A stretch of DNA of 24,475 nt from Oscillospiraceae bacterium (GCA_031547365.1 JAVBSB010000052.1:1-24475); one strand, 5' to 3'. Counted from the first letter of the stretch, positions 15,990 through 23,850 are shown. Translations and numbers: made by a program. The notes: generated by a model from the sequence alone, not told the origin.

Positions 15990-17259
15990 CTCGGAAGAAT
16001 CGCTGCCCAAGCAGGCGATCGCTCTGCGCGTTCGCATTCTTCGGTTGCGCATCAGCACTTTTTTTGCAGGCAGACGGATTCGTTCGCTACGCAGTAAAGA
16101 GCAATCGAATATCATTCCGCGCCGCTGGCCTTTTGTAGGGTGCCTGCTGCTTTGTCTTGGCGCGGTTGTGTCCGCGATTGTGCTGTCGGTTTTAGCGAAC
16201 ACGCAGCCGCAGCTGCATAATCTTGACGGCAGCTTTGCGAGCGTGGATAAAGTGGTTATCCTGGACCCGAACAGCAAAGACGAAACGATGCTTTCTGCGG
16301 GCTATTTGTACGACAGACCGATTGCGGTTGTGCAGACCGGTACTGACCCGGTTCTGCTGCGCATCCGTCTGGAAGAAACGCTGCTTACTGCCGCGCACGA
16401 TGAAAACGGTCGCGTTGTGTCAGTCAAGCCTATGATTGACCCGGGCGAAAACTGGGAGCCGCGCATGATTGAACAGGATGCGGCTTTGGAAATTCTGCGT
16501 AAAAATGGGTACTGCAAGGCGACCGACACATGGGACGATGCGCTGGAACTGAAATTGCCCGAAGCGCGGATGCCGGGCGGCAACGACGGCGGCCGTCTAA
16601 TGGTGTTTGAGAAAAAAACTGTGATCGCCGACCCCGATTCACCCATCCCTGACATCAGCGTGATGCGTCCGGAGGACATTGAAGCCTATGATTTAGGCAA
16701 GACTTCTTATGATTATATTGGATTTTATTATATCAACGTTGGCGGCAAGCAATATTATCAACCGCTGCATATTGCTGTAGATGATGATGCGCCGCGCAAT
16801 CCGACGCAAAGCCCTCCGAATATTACGAACATATCCTATGAGTTTTACCAGTGGGATATAAAGGAATCGCAGGTACATCAGTTCGGCGCGGAGCAAAACG
16901 GACCGGTCAATTTGCAGCTGGGTCATCTGCGCCCGATTGCTGAATGGACAAAGCCGGAGGATGCATGGTTTTATGACATAGACGGCTGGGTATACTACGG
17001 GCAGGCGCTGTCGTCCGGTTTGATGACCCCTCTGCTGCTGCAAAGCTTTTCTGTTGAGCCCGAAAGCCCGCTGGTACAAAACGAAACGCGCTACCGCCTT
17101 GGGGAACGCGCACAAAGCGTTTCGCTTGATTTGAACTCGGTCATATCCATTTGGAATAGCAACACACCGCTTGGCACGCTCGGCACGAGCAACATGAGCA
17201 ACGAATCGCTGCGGCTGGTGCAGGGTATTTTAAGCGCGGCAGGAATAAAAGAAGAATAA
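15976..17259 (+). CDS. BsaA-like paralogue with an Arg-rich cytoplasmic N-terminus and a TM anchor
   Basis: VVQTGTDPVLLRIRLEE and DGWVYYGQALSSGLMTPLLLQSFSV align to blocks in 5049..6032 and 8505..10082. Hydrophobic segment at about aa 52-73. RBS AAAGG. Confidence 0.7.
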   Translation: MRTYNSEESLPKQAIALRVRILRLRISTFFAGRRIRSLRSKEQSNIIPRRWPFVGCLLLCLGAVVSAIVLSVLANTQPQLHNLDGSFASVDKVVILDPNSKDETMLSAGYLYDRPIAVVQTGTDPVLLRIRLEETLLTAAHDENGRVVSVKPMIDPGENWEPRMIEQDAALEILRKNGYCKATDTWDDALELKLPEARMPGGNDGGRLMVFEKKTVIADPDSPIPDISVMRPEDIEAYDLGKTSYDYIGFYYINVGGKQYYQPLHIAVDDDAPRNPTQSPPNITNISYEFYQWDIKESQVHQFGAEQNGPVNLQLGHLRPIAEWTKPEDAWFYDIDGWVYYGQALSSGLMTPLLLQSFSVEPESPLVQNETRYRLGERAQSVSLDLNSVISIWNSNTPLGTLGTSNMSNESLRLVQGILSAAGIKEE

Positions 17260-17267
17260 AGTCTTCC

Positions 17268-18122
17268 ATGTTATATTATAGTGCCGGGAGGGGCAATCAT
17301 ATCAAACGCGTTGCCGTAATACAGGATATCTCCGGGCTGGGACGCTGTTCGCTTGCGGCGGCGTTGCCGGTGCTTTCTGTGATGGGTATGCATTGCTGTC
17401 CCGTACCGACGGCAGTGTTGACGAATCAGACTGGCTTTCCGCGCTATGCGTCGCTTGACTGCGGCGCTATGCTGCGCGAATTGCCTGCGCTTTGGAAAGA
17501 AAATAAAGTTGCGTTGGATGGCATTTATGCGGGGTTTATGTCCTCGCAGCAACAGTTTGACGCCGCGCAGGCTGTGATTGATGCCTTCCGCAGACCCGAT
17601 ACCCTGCTGTTGATTGACCCGGTAATGGGAGACAACGGTAGCCGCTATCCGTGCTTTGATGCGGCGTTTTGTGATAAGATACGTACATTTTCCGCGCAGG
17701 CGGATATTCTTACCCCGAATGTAACAGAGGCTTGCCTGTTGGCGCAGGCGGATTATGAAGCTTTTATTAAAGGAACGGTACAGCAGCAGGAACGAGCCTT
17801 GCGTGAAATCTGCGAAGCCTTGCCCGCAAGGGCTGTGGTTGTCACAGGCTGGCGCAAAAACGGTATGATCTGTAACGCGGCGTGGCAGGACGGCGCTTTT
17901 AAATGCTACGAAAGCCCTGCGGAAAAAGGCTCTTACTCCGGAACAGGGGATTTGTTTGCGTCTGTGCTCTGCGGCGGCTTGTTGCGCGGCGAAGGCTTGG
18001 AGCAATCAATTTTGCTGGGCATGCGCTTTTTAGAGGCTGCGCTGCGCGACGCTGTGCATGAAGGTCTGCCGGAGGCGGAGGGGGTTCCGTTTGAACGTCA
18101 CTTAAAGGAGTTGCTGGCTTGA
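17268..18122 (+). CDS. pdxK: Pyridoxal/pyridoxamine kinase (start may be ATC at 17301)
   Basis: RVAVIQDISGLGRCSL, PVPTAVLTNQTGF, IDPVMGDNG, LTPNVTEACLL and the ribokinase-family anion hole GTGDLFAS. Confidence 0.88.
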   Translation: MLYYSAGRGNHIKRVAVIQDISGLGRCSLAAALPVLSVMGMHCCPVPTAVLTNQTGFPRYASLDCGAMLRELPALWKENKVALDGIYAGFMSSQQQFDAAQAVIDAFRRPDTLLLIDPVMGDNGSRYPCFDAAFCDKIRTFSAQADILTPNVTEACLLAQADYEAFIKGTVQQQERALREICEALPARAVVVTGWRKNGMICNAAWQDGAFKCYESPAEKGSYSGTGDLFASVLCGGLLRGEGLEQSILLGMRFLEAALRDAVHEGLPEAEGVPFERHLKELLA

Positions 18123-18637
18123 AGCGTGCTTCGCTTTTTCATTTAATTTTGACCGCGCTGTTTGCGGCTTTGATTTTGGTTTTTACCGCCTACATCGGGC
18201 ACATTCCCCTGCCGGGTACAAACGGGTTTATTCATTTTGGAGACGCGCTGATTTTTTTGGCTGCCAGCCTTTTGCCAAAGCCCTACGCCGCGGCGGCGGG
18301 ACTGTTGGGCGGCGGGCTGGCAGATCTGCTCACTTTTCCGTCTACGACTGTCCCGACGATCGTTATCAAGGGCTGTGTTGCGCTTTGTTTCAGCGCGAAA
18401 CCGGAAAAAATCCTTTGCCCGCGCAACACGCTGGCGCTGCTGCCCGCAGGGTTGGTTACGCTGGGCGGCTATTATGCGGCAGGCGGTATCCTTTTCGGAT
18501 GGACTGCGGCATTGGCGCAGGGTCTGACAGCGAACGCAGTGCAGGTGCTTGGGAGCTCGGCGATTTACATCCTGCTGGGCTTAGCGACGGATAAGATACA
18601 GCTGAAGCATAAAATGAAGCAATGGAGCAAGCCATGA
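18119..18637 (+). CDS. ECF transporter S component (TIGR04002-like; vitamin B6 substrate inferred from context)
   Basis: Multi-TM protein with GFIHFGDALIFLAA and GGGLADLL. Overlaps the pdxK stop. Confidence 0.8.
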   Translation: MKRASLFHLILTALFAALILVFTAYIGHIPLPGTNGFIHFGDALIFLAASLLPKPYAAAAGLLGGGLADLLTFPSTTVPTIVIKGCVALCFSAKPEKILCPRNTLALLPAGLVTLGGYYAAGGILFGWTAALAQGLTANAVQVLGSSAIYILLGLATDKIQLKHKMKQWSKP

Positions 18638-19191
18638 ATTATATATTAGCGTCCGCCTCGCCGCGCCGAAAAGAGCTGCTTGCAATCGCAGTGCCGTCAT
18701 TTACGGTCTGTGTGCCGAACACGGAGGAATCCATCGACCCTGCGTGGAGCGCTGCTGAAGCGACCGTTGCGTTGGCAAGACAAAAAGCAGCCGCGGTTGC
18801 CGCGCAACACCCGCATGACTGTGTTATTGCGGCGGACACGATTGTCGAACTCGACGGCGTGCTGTTGGGCAAGCCTGTTGATGCTGCGGATGCTGCCCGT
18901 ATGCTGCGCCTGTTGTCGGGCAGAGAGCACAGAGTTGTCACAGGCGTGTGTGTTGTTCAGAATCAAGAAGCGCATGCGTTTTCGCAGGAGACGCGCGTGC
19001 GCTTTTATTCGCTAAGCGACAAAGAAATTGCGGACTATGTTGCCACCGGCGAACCGATGGACAAGGCCGGCGCGTATGGAATACAGGACCTCGGCGCGTT
19101 GCTCGTTGAAGGAATTACAGGGGACTACCTTAACGTTGTAGGGCTGCCTCTGGCGAAGCTTGCGCGGTTGTTACGAGAGTTAGGAGATTGA
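18634..19191 (+). CDS. maf: Maf nucleotide pyrophosphatase (YhdE-like)
   Basis: ILASASPRRKELL, IAADTIV, LGKP, DKAGAYGIQ and NVVGLP. ATG 18634 overlaps the upstream TGA. Confidence 0.95.
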   Translation: MNYILASASPRRKELLAIAVPSFTVCVPNTEESIDPAWSAAEATVALARQKAAAVAAQHPHDCVIAADTIVELDGVLLGKPVDAADAARMLRLLSGREHRVVTGVCVVQNQEAHAFSQETRVRFYSLSDKEIADYVATGEPMDKAGAYGIQDLGALLVEGITGDYLNVVGLPLAKLARLLRELGD

Positions 19192-19195
19192 CTAA

Positions 19196-19453
19196 ATGCA
19201 ACGAATGCTTATACTAGGGGACAGCATGATTGCCCGCGATGAAATCGTGGGTATTTTTGATTTGGACACAACAACCGTTTCAAAGCATAGCCGCGATTTT
19301 CTGCGCGCCGCGCAAAACAGCGGAGTCATTACGCCGGTTGGGGATGATTTGCCGCAGAGTTTTATCGTGACAGGCGATGTGAGTGGTCAGAAGGTGTATC
19401 TTTCCCCGCAAAGCACCCCGATTTTGGCAAAAAAGCTCTTGACAACGCCGTGA
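19196..19453 (+). CDS. remB: RemB/DUF370-family extracellular matrix regulator
   Basis: IVGIFDLDTTTVSKHSRDFL, DLPQSFIVT and VYLSPQST match the RemB (YaaB) family. RBS AGGAG. Confidence 0.8.
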   Translation: MQRMLILGDSMIARDEIVGIFDLDTTTVSKHSRDFLRAAQNSGVITPVGDDLPQSFIVTGDVSGQKVYLSPQSTPILAKKLLTTP

Positions 19454-19467
19454 TTCTATGGTATAAT
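19439..19467 (+). promoter_or_regulatory. Consensus SigA promoter of the symporter gene
   Basis: TTGACA (19439-19444), 17 bp, TATAAT (19462-19467) with extended -10 TG. Overlaps the remB 3' end. Confidence 0.85.
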
Positions 19468-19477
19468 ACATGTATGG

Positions 19478-19523
19478 AGCGCTTTAACGCTTTCAATCGC
19501 TAAAGTGCTTTATATTTTTTATT
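19478..19523 (+). terminator. Terminator-like hairpin + U-rich tract between the promoter and the symporter RBS
   Basis: AGCGCTTTA (19478-19486) / TAAAGTGCT (19501-19509), 9 bp with one G-U, followed by TTATATTTTTTATTT. Confidence 0.45.
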
Positions 19524-19542
19524 TCAAAGAGGAGTGGTAGTT

Positions 19543-21051
19543 ATGGCGGTCATGTGGGTCACCATTGGGATTTACATTGCAGCGCTGGTGGCCGTAGGTA
19601 TCTTTATGGGGCGCAGCAGCAAAAGCGTTGCTGATCTCACCGTTGGCGGAAGAAACGCGGGAGCATGGCTTTCTGCGCTTAGTTATGGAACCGCATATTT
19701 TTCGGCAGTAATGTTCGTAGGCTATGCCGGTTCTACAGGCTTCGGATTCGGTCTGTGGGGCATTGCGGTGGGCATTGCGAACACGGTGTTCGGTTCGTTG
19801 TTGGCGTGGCTGCTGCTGGCGCAGCGCACGCGTGAGGTCGCCGCGCGCTGGAATCTGCATACGATGCCTGAGTTTTTAGAGAAGCGATATGGCAGCAAGA
19901 ATATGAAATTGTTTTCTTGTATCGTAATATTTGTATTTTTAATTCCCTATTCAGCCAGCGTGTACAAGGGCTTGGGTTCCATTGCGCAGGTCCTGCTTGG
20001 TATAGAAGACACTGTGTTTATGATTATTATTGCGGTTTTGGCGGCGCTGCTATTGCTGTTCGGCGGTTATCTTGTGCAAGCCCGCGCAGACTTTGTTCAG
20101 GGCATCATTATGGCTGTCGGCATCGTTTTGCTGATTGTTTTCGTCGTACGCAGCAGTGCGGTCGGCGGTGTGCAGGGCATAATGGAATACGCGAAGACCC
20201 CTGAAGGTTTACCGAAGCTGGACGGTCAGAAGGCTTGGGCTTTGATTTCGTTGGTTGTTATGACGAGCTTCGGCACATGGGGCTTGCCGCATATGATACA
20301 GAAGTTCTTTGGTATAAAGAACAAGCAAGCGGCAAAGCGCGGCATTACAATCTCAACCGTTTTTGCGTTGCTGGTGGCGGGCGGCGGCTATTTTATCGGG
20401 TCCTTGTGCCATATGTTTATTAAAGCCGGGCAGATCAACCTCGCCGTGCTGCAGGATACATATCCACAGACGTTTAAGGATTACATTGTCCCGAATATGC
20501 TTAAGGCGGCAGAGCTTCCGAATGTGCTGCTGGGGGTCGTATTCGTGCTGTTATTGGCAGCTTCCGTGTCTACGCTCTGCTCTGTGACGCTCACAGCAGG
20601 CAGCACGCTGATTAAGGATTTCGTTGACACGGTGCAGAAGAAGAAAAGCTCCGAAAAACGCACATCGTGGGGAATAAAAATCGTATGTCTGCTGTTTGTT
20701 GCCATGTCCTATTTCGTCGCAACCAGCAATACCCCCATCCTTGAAATGATGAGCTATTCCTGGGGCATTATTTCAGGGTCGTTCCTGGCGCCCTATGTGA
20801 TTTCGCTCTACTACAAAAAGACAAATAAAGTAGGGGCTTGGGGGAGCATTGCGGTCGGGTTTACCGTTGCGATTATCCCGGCGGTCTGCAAAATTATAAC
20901 CATGATCCTTCCGGACAACGCGCCGGAGCTGGTTACAAAGCTTTCGCTTCAAGGACCGCAGTTTGCTGTGGTAGCGATGCTTGCCTCTGTGGTCATATGC
21001 TTTTTGCTCAGTGCCGCAACAAACAAAAAAGTCAAGCCAATCACAGCATAA
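19543..21051 (+). CDS. Sodium:solute symporter (SSS, PutP/PanF-like), substrate unknown
   Basis: About 13 TM segments, TVGGRNAG, TMPEFLEKRY, TWGLPHMIQKFF and LLAASVST. ATG 19543 with RBS AGAGGAG. Confidence 0.9.
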   Translation: MAVMWVTIGIYIAALVAVGIFMGRSSKSVADLTVGGRNAGAWLSALSYGTAYFSAVMFVGYAGSTGFGFGLWGIAVGIANTVFGSLLAWLLLAQRTREVAARWNLHTMPEFLEKRYGSKNMKLFSCIVIFVFLIPYSASVYKGLGSIAQVLLGIEDTVFMIIIAVLAALLLLFGGYLVQARADFVQGIIMAVGIVLLIVFVVRSSAVGGVQGIMEYAKTPEGLPKLDGQKAWALISLVVMTSFGTWGLPHMIQKFFGIKNKQAAKRGITISTVFALLVAGGGYFIGSLCHMFIKAGQINLAVLQDTYPQTFKDYIVPNMLKAAELPNVLLGVVFVLLLAASVSTLCSVTLTAGSTLIKDFVDTVQKKKSSEKRTSWGIKIVCLLFVAMSYFVATSNTPILEMMSYSWGIISGSFLAPYVISLYYKKTNKVGAWGSIAVGFTVAIIPAVCKIITMILPDNAPELVTKLSLQGPQFAVVAMLASVVICFLLSAATNKKVKPITA

Positions 21052-21061
21052 CAAATCAAAA

Positions 21062-21095
21062 ATACAGCCTTCCAATGAAATGCGGAAGGCTGTAT
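21062..21095 (+). terminator. Intrinsic terminator after the symporter
   Basis: ATACAGCCTTCC (21062-21073) / GGAAGGCTGTAT (21084-21095), perfect 12-bp stem. Confidence 0.75.
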
Positions 21096-21188
21096 GATTG
21101 TTTTACATAGCAAAATATGGAAATTAATGTTGCGTAAGGTTAACACAAACAAAAAATCTGCAAAAAAACGAAAAAAATAAAATAACTA

Positions 21189-21217
21189 TTGACAAACCGT
21201 GTTATATCAGTTAAGAT
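21189..21217 (+). promoter_or_regulatory. SigA-type promoter of the sigma factor gene with an upstream A-tract (UP-like)
   Basis: TTGACA (21189-21194), 17 bp, TAAGAT (21212-21217). A-rich tract at about 21161-21183. Confidence 0.75.
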
Positions 21218-21251
21218 ATGTCTGTACCGTTTGAAAGGCGTAAGGTTTGCG

Positions 21252-21821
21252 ATGGATTTGTCGGCATGCAGTGATGAAGCCCTGGTTGGGGTGATCCAGC
21301 GCGGCGACAACAGCGCCGAAGCGTTCGGTCTGCTGCTTGAGCGCACGCTGCCGGTGATTCATGCCCGGGTGGATTATGCGCTGCGGCGCACAAAAAGTGG
21401 CGTTCTTTGCTCGCGCGAGGATTTATTTCAAGAGGGTATGCTCGCATTTCTCAGCGCTGTTTCGTCTTTTCAGTCAAATCGCGGCGCAAGCTTTCGCACG
21501 TATGTCGGCGTCTGCGTAAACCATCGTGTCATATCCGCATTGCGGCGCAACCTTAAGGCATGGGAAGAATCGCTGCCCGACGATTGCCTGATTCCCGGCG
21601 CGCGGGGGATGGATCCGCAGGATATTTTTTCCGCTATGGAGGAAACCCGCCGTATTATGGAGGTTATGCAGTCGCAGCTGAGTAAATTGGAACGCAACGT
21701 AATCGAGAGCTACCTGGCGGGCGAACGGTATGATGCGATTGCGCAAAGGCTGGGCGTGCAGCCAAAAACAGTGGACAACGCCTTGCAGCGGGTACGGAAA
21801 AAGCTGCGTAAATATTTATAA
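21252..21821 (+). CDS. sigH: SigH-like sigma-70 family RNA polymerase sigma factor
   Basis: EDLFQEGMLAF, ASFRTY, LSKLERNV and the SigH-type KTVDNALQRVRKKL. Start ATG 21252. Confidence 0.8.
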   Translation: MDLSACSDEALVGVIQRGDNSAEAFGLLLERTLPVIHARVDYALRRTKSGVLCSREDLFQEGMLAFLSAVSSFQSNRGASFRTYVGVCVNHRVISALRRNLKAWEESLPDDCLIPGARGMDPQDIFSAMEETRRIMEVMQSQLSKLERNVIESYLAGERYDAIAQRLGVQPKTVDNALQRVRKKLRKYL

Positions 21822-21824
21822 TTT

Positions 21825-21884
21825 GCCCCACTAGCTTAAAGAAAGCGGTGAAACCACAGAGACGGTGCGATTCCGTCGGGGGTG
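21825..21884 (+). ncRNA. tRNA-like structured element with a truncated anticodon arm (putative)
   Basis: GCCCCAC-TA-GCTT(AAAGA)AAGC-GG(TGAAA)CC-ACAGA-GACGG(TGCGATT)CCGTC-GGGGGTG. Perfect 4-bp D-like stem and 5-bp/7-nt T-arm, imperfect acceptor-like stem. Confidence 0.5.
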
Positions 21885-21918
21885 TAAAAAATTTTTTTCA
21901 AGCGAGGTAGATCAGCAC

Positions 21919-22206
21919 ATGTACGAAGACAAAAATCTCATCTGCAAGGAATGCGGAAACGAATTCATTTTCACCGCCGGTGAACAGGAATTCTATGCGG
22001 AAAAAGGCTTCGAGAACGAACCCGGTCGCTGCAAAGACTGCCGGGAAGCACGCAAGCGCGGCGGAAACCGCGGCGGCGAGCGCGAAATGTTCGAGGCAAC
22101 TTGCGCATCCTGCGGCGGAATCGCCCGCCTTCCTTTCCGTCCGCGTGAAGATGGACGGCCCGTGTATTGCAGCGATTGCTATGCGCGGCAGAAGGAGAAT
22201 GGATAA
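21919..22206 (+). CDS. Zinc-ribbon protein (zf-trcl-like + CxxC-x17-CxxC-like domain)
   Basis: MYEDKNLICKECGNEFIFTAGEQEFYAEKGFENEPGRCKDC and MFEATCASCG...PVYCSDC give four CxxC pairs. RBS GAGGT. Confidence 0.9.
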   Translation: MYEDKNLICKECGNEFIFTAGEQEFYAEKGFENEPGRCKDCREARKRGGNRGGEREMFEATCASCGGIARLPFRPREDGRPVYCSDCYARQKENG

Positions 22207-22259
22207 TTTTCTCACTAAGTGGTGATCTCACCTCTTTCCTGTGGAATGCGTCCAAACCC

Positions 22260-22293
22260 ACAACCCTTCGATGAAAATCGGGGGGTTGTTTTT
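22260..22293 (+). terminator. Intrinsic terminator after the zinc-ribbon gene
   Basis: ACAACCCTTCGA (22260-22271) / TCGGGGGGTTGT (22278-22289) followed by TTTT. Confidence 0.7.
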
Positions 22294-22294
22294 C

Positions 22295-22323
22295 TTGACA
22301 TGGCGGCGAAAAAGCGCTATAAT
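22295..22323 (+). promoter_or_regulatory. Consensus SigA promoter of scfAB
   Basis: TTGACA (22295-22300), 17 bp, TATAAT (22318-22323). Confidence 0.88.
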
Positions 22324-22358
22324 GTTGAGGATCATTATACGAAAGAGAGCGTGCTATT

Positions 22359-22508
22359 ATGCAACGTATCCAAACTGTCGAAACCCGCGACCTGCGCGAG
22401 AGCCTTTGCGGCGGCGGCTGCGGCGAATGCCAGACCTCCTGCCAATCGGCGAGCAAGACTTCCTGCGGCGTGGCGAATCAACCCTGCGAAAACAAAGACG
22501 CGGAATGA
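22359..22508 (+). CDS. scfA: SCIFF ranthipeptide precursor (variant)
   Basis: Not in the ORF track. Manual translation: MQRIQTVETRDLRESLCGGGCGECQTSCQSASKTSCGVANQPCENKDAE. The stop overlaps the scfB start (ATGA). Confidence 0.93.
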   Translation: MQRIQTVETRDLRESLCGGGCGECQTSCQSASKTSCGVANQPCENKDAE

Positions 22509-23836
22509 TTCACGCCTACCAGCTCCACGGCAGCCGCATCATACTGGATGTGAACAGCGGGTCGGTGCATATCACCGACCCGGTGGCTTTCTATGCGATC
22601 ACGCATTGGGGGCTGACGCAGGCAGATCTGCAGGCGCAATTTCCCGGGGAAGATTTGCAGGGCTTGTTCAAGGATATTCAGGCGCTGATCGACGCGGGAA
22701 AGCTGTTTGCGCCCGAAATAGAATTTACCGAGAGCACCGCGAGGCGAGGAACCCCGCCACAGGTGATAAAGGCGCTGTGCCTGCACGTGTCGCATACCTG
22801 CAACCTTACATGTGATTATTGCTTTGCGCAAGCGGGGCGTTATCACGGTGCGCAGGCGCTGATGTCCTATGAAGTTGGCAGGCGTGCGCTGGATTTTTTG
22901 ATTGCGCATTCCGGCACACACAAAAACCTGGAGGTTGATTTTTTTGGCGGCGAGCCGTTGATGAACTGGCAGGTTGTGAAGGATTTAGTTGCCTATGCGC
23001 GCGAAATCGAGGGCAAGGCAGATAAGAATTTCCGCTTTACACTCACCACCAACGGCTTGTTGCTCGACGACGACGTGATTGCCTTTGCCAACGAAGAGAT
23101 GTCCAACGTGGTGCTGAGCCTGGACGGCCGCAAAGAAATCCACGACAGCCTGCGCCGTACGGTCAACGGCAAAGGCAGCTATGATTTAATACTGCCGAAG
23201 TTTCAGCAGTTTGTGCAGGCGCGCAAGGGCAAAAATTATTATATGCGTGGTACTTTTACGCACAACAACCCCGATTTTACGCAGGATTTATATCACATGG
23301 CGCAGCAGGGCTTCCGCTCGCTCTCAATGGAGCCTGTGGTCTGTGCGCCCGGCAGCGCATACGCCCTGACGCAAGAGGACATCGCCGTTGTGCTGCGGGA
23401 ATATGAAGCGCTTGCCCTGGAAATGTCGAAACGCAAGGGGACAAAAGAAGAATTTAGTTTTTATCACTACAATTTGGATTTAAAGCACGGACCGTGCATC
23501 TACAAGCGCATCGCGGGCTGCGGCAGCGGCACGAACTATCTTGCCGTTACGCCCGCAGGCGAATTATATCCCTGCCATCAGTTTGTCGGCGAAACAGAAG
23601 CATGCATGGGCGACGTTTGGCAGGGCATTACCCGTCCGCAACTCTATGAGGCTTTTGCCGCGAATACCCTGCAATCGAAGCCGGAATGTCGGGACTGTTG
23701 GGCAAAATATTACTGCGCCGGCGGCTGTGCCGCAAACGCTTATCATGCCTGCGGCTCAATTCAGGGCATTTACGCCGATGGCTGTACGCTCTTTAAAAAG
23801 CGTATGGAGTGCGCAATCTGGCTTGCCAGCCAATAA
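22505..23836 (+). CDS. scfB: Thioether cross-link-forming SCIFF peptide maturase (radical SAM/SPASM)
   Basis: MIHAYQLHGSRIILDVNSGSVH, KALCLHVSHTCNLTCDYCFA, VDFFGGEP, and SPASM cysteines CGSG..YPC..CRDC..CAGGC. True start is 22505, not 22241. Confidence 0.95.
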   Translation: MIHAYQLHGSRIILDVNSGSVHITDPVAFYAITHWGLTQADLQAQFPGEDLQGLFKDIQALIDAGKLFAPEIEFTESTARRGTPPQVIKALCLHVSHTCNLTCDYCFAQAGRYHGAQALMSYEVGRRALDFLIAHSGTHKNLEVDFFGGEPLMNWQVVKDLVAYAREIEGKADKNFRFTLTTNGLLLDDDVIAFANEEMSNVVLSLDGRKEIHDSLRRTVNGKGSYDLILPKFQQFVQARKGKNYYMRGTFTHNNPDFTQDLYHMAQQGFRSLSMEPVVCAPGSAYALTQEDIAVVLREYEALALEMSKRKGTKEEFSFYHYNLDLKHGPCIYKRIAGCGSGTNYLAVTPAGELYPCHQFVGETEACMGDVWQGITRPQLYEAFAANTLQSKPECRDCWAKYYCAGGCAANAYHACGSIQGIYADGCTLFKKRMECAIWLASQ

Positions 23837-23850
23837 GCGTAATAAAAGAC

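Noticed and set aside
14612-18005. Long minus-strand ORFs (14612..15265, 15699..16277, 17271..18005)
   Set aside because: Antisense to well-supported plus-strand genes, with no recognisable features.
21825-21884. Functional tRNA, or FMN/cobalamin riboswitch (shared GGTGCGATTCC T-loop)
   Set aside because: No anticodon loop and a mismatched acceptor stem. The other conserved riboswitch segments and relevant downstream genes are absent. Kept only as a tRNA-like element.
22376-22382. Spo0A-box match TGTCGAA
   Set aside because: Single 7-mer inside the scfA coding sequence, expected by chance in 24 kb.
22241-22504. 88-aa N-terminal extension of scfB in the ORF track
   Set aside because: Spans a terminator, the promoter and scfA in another frame. 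The family N-terminus begins at 22505.
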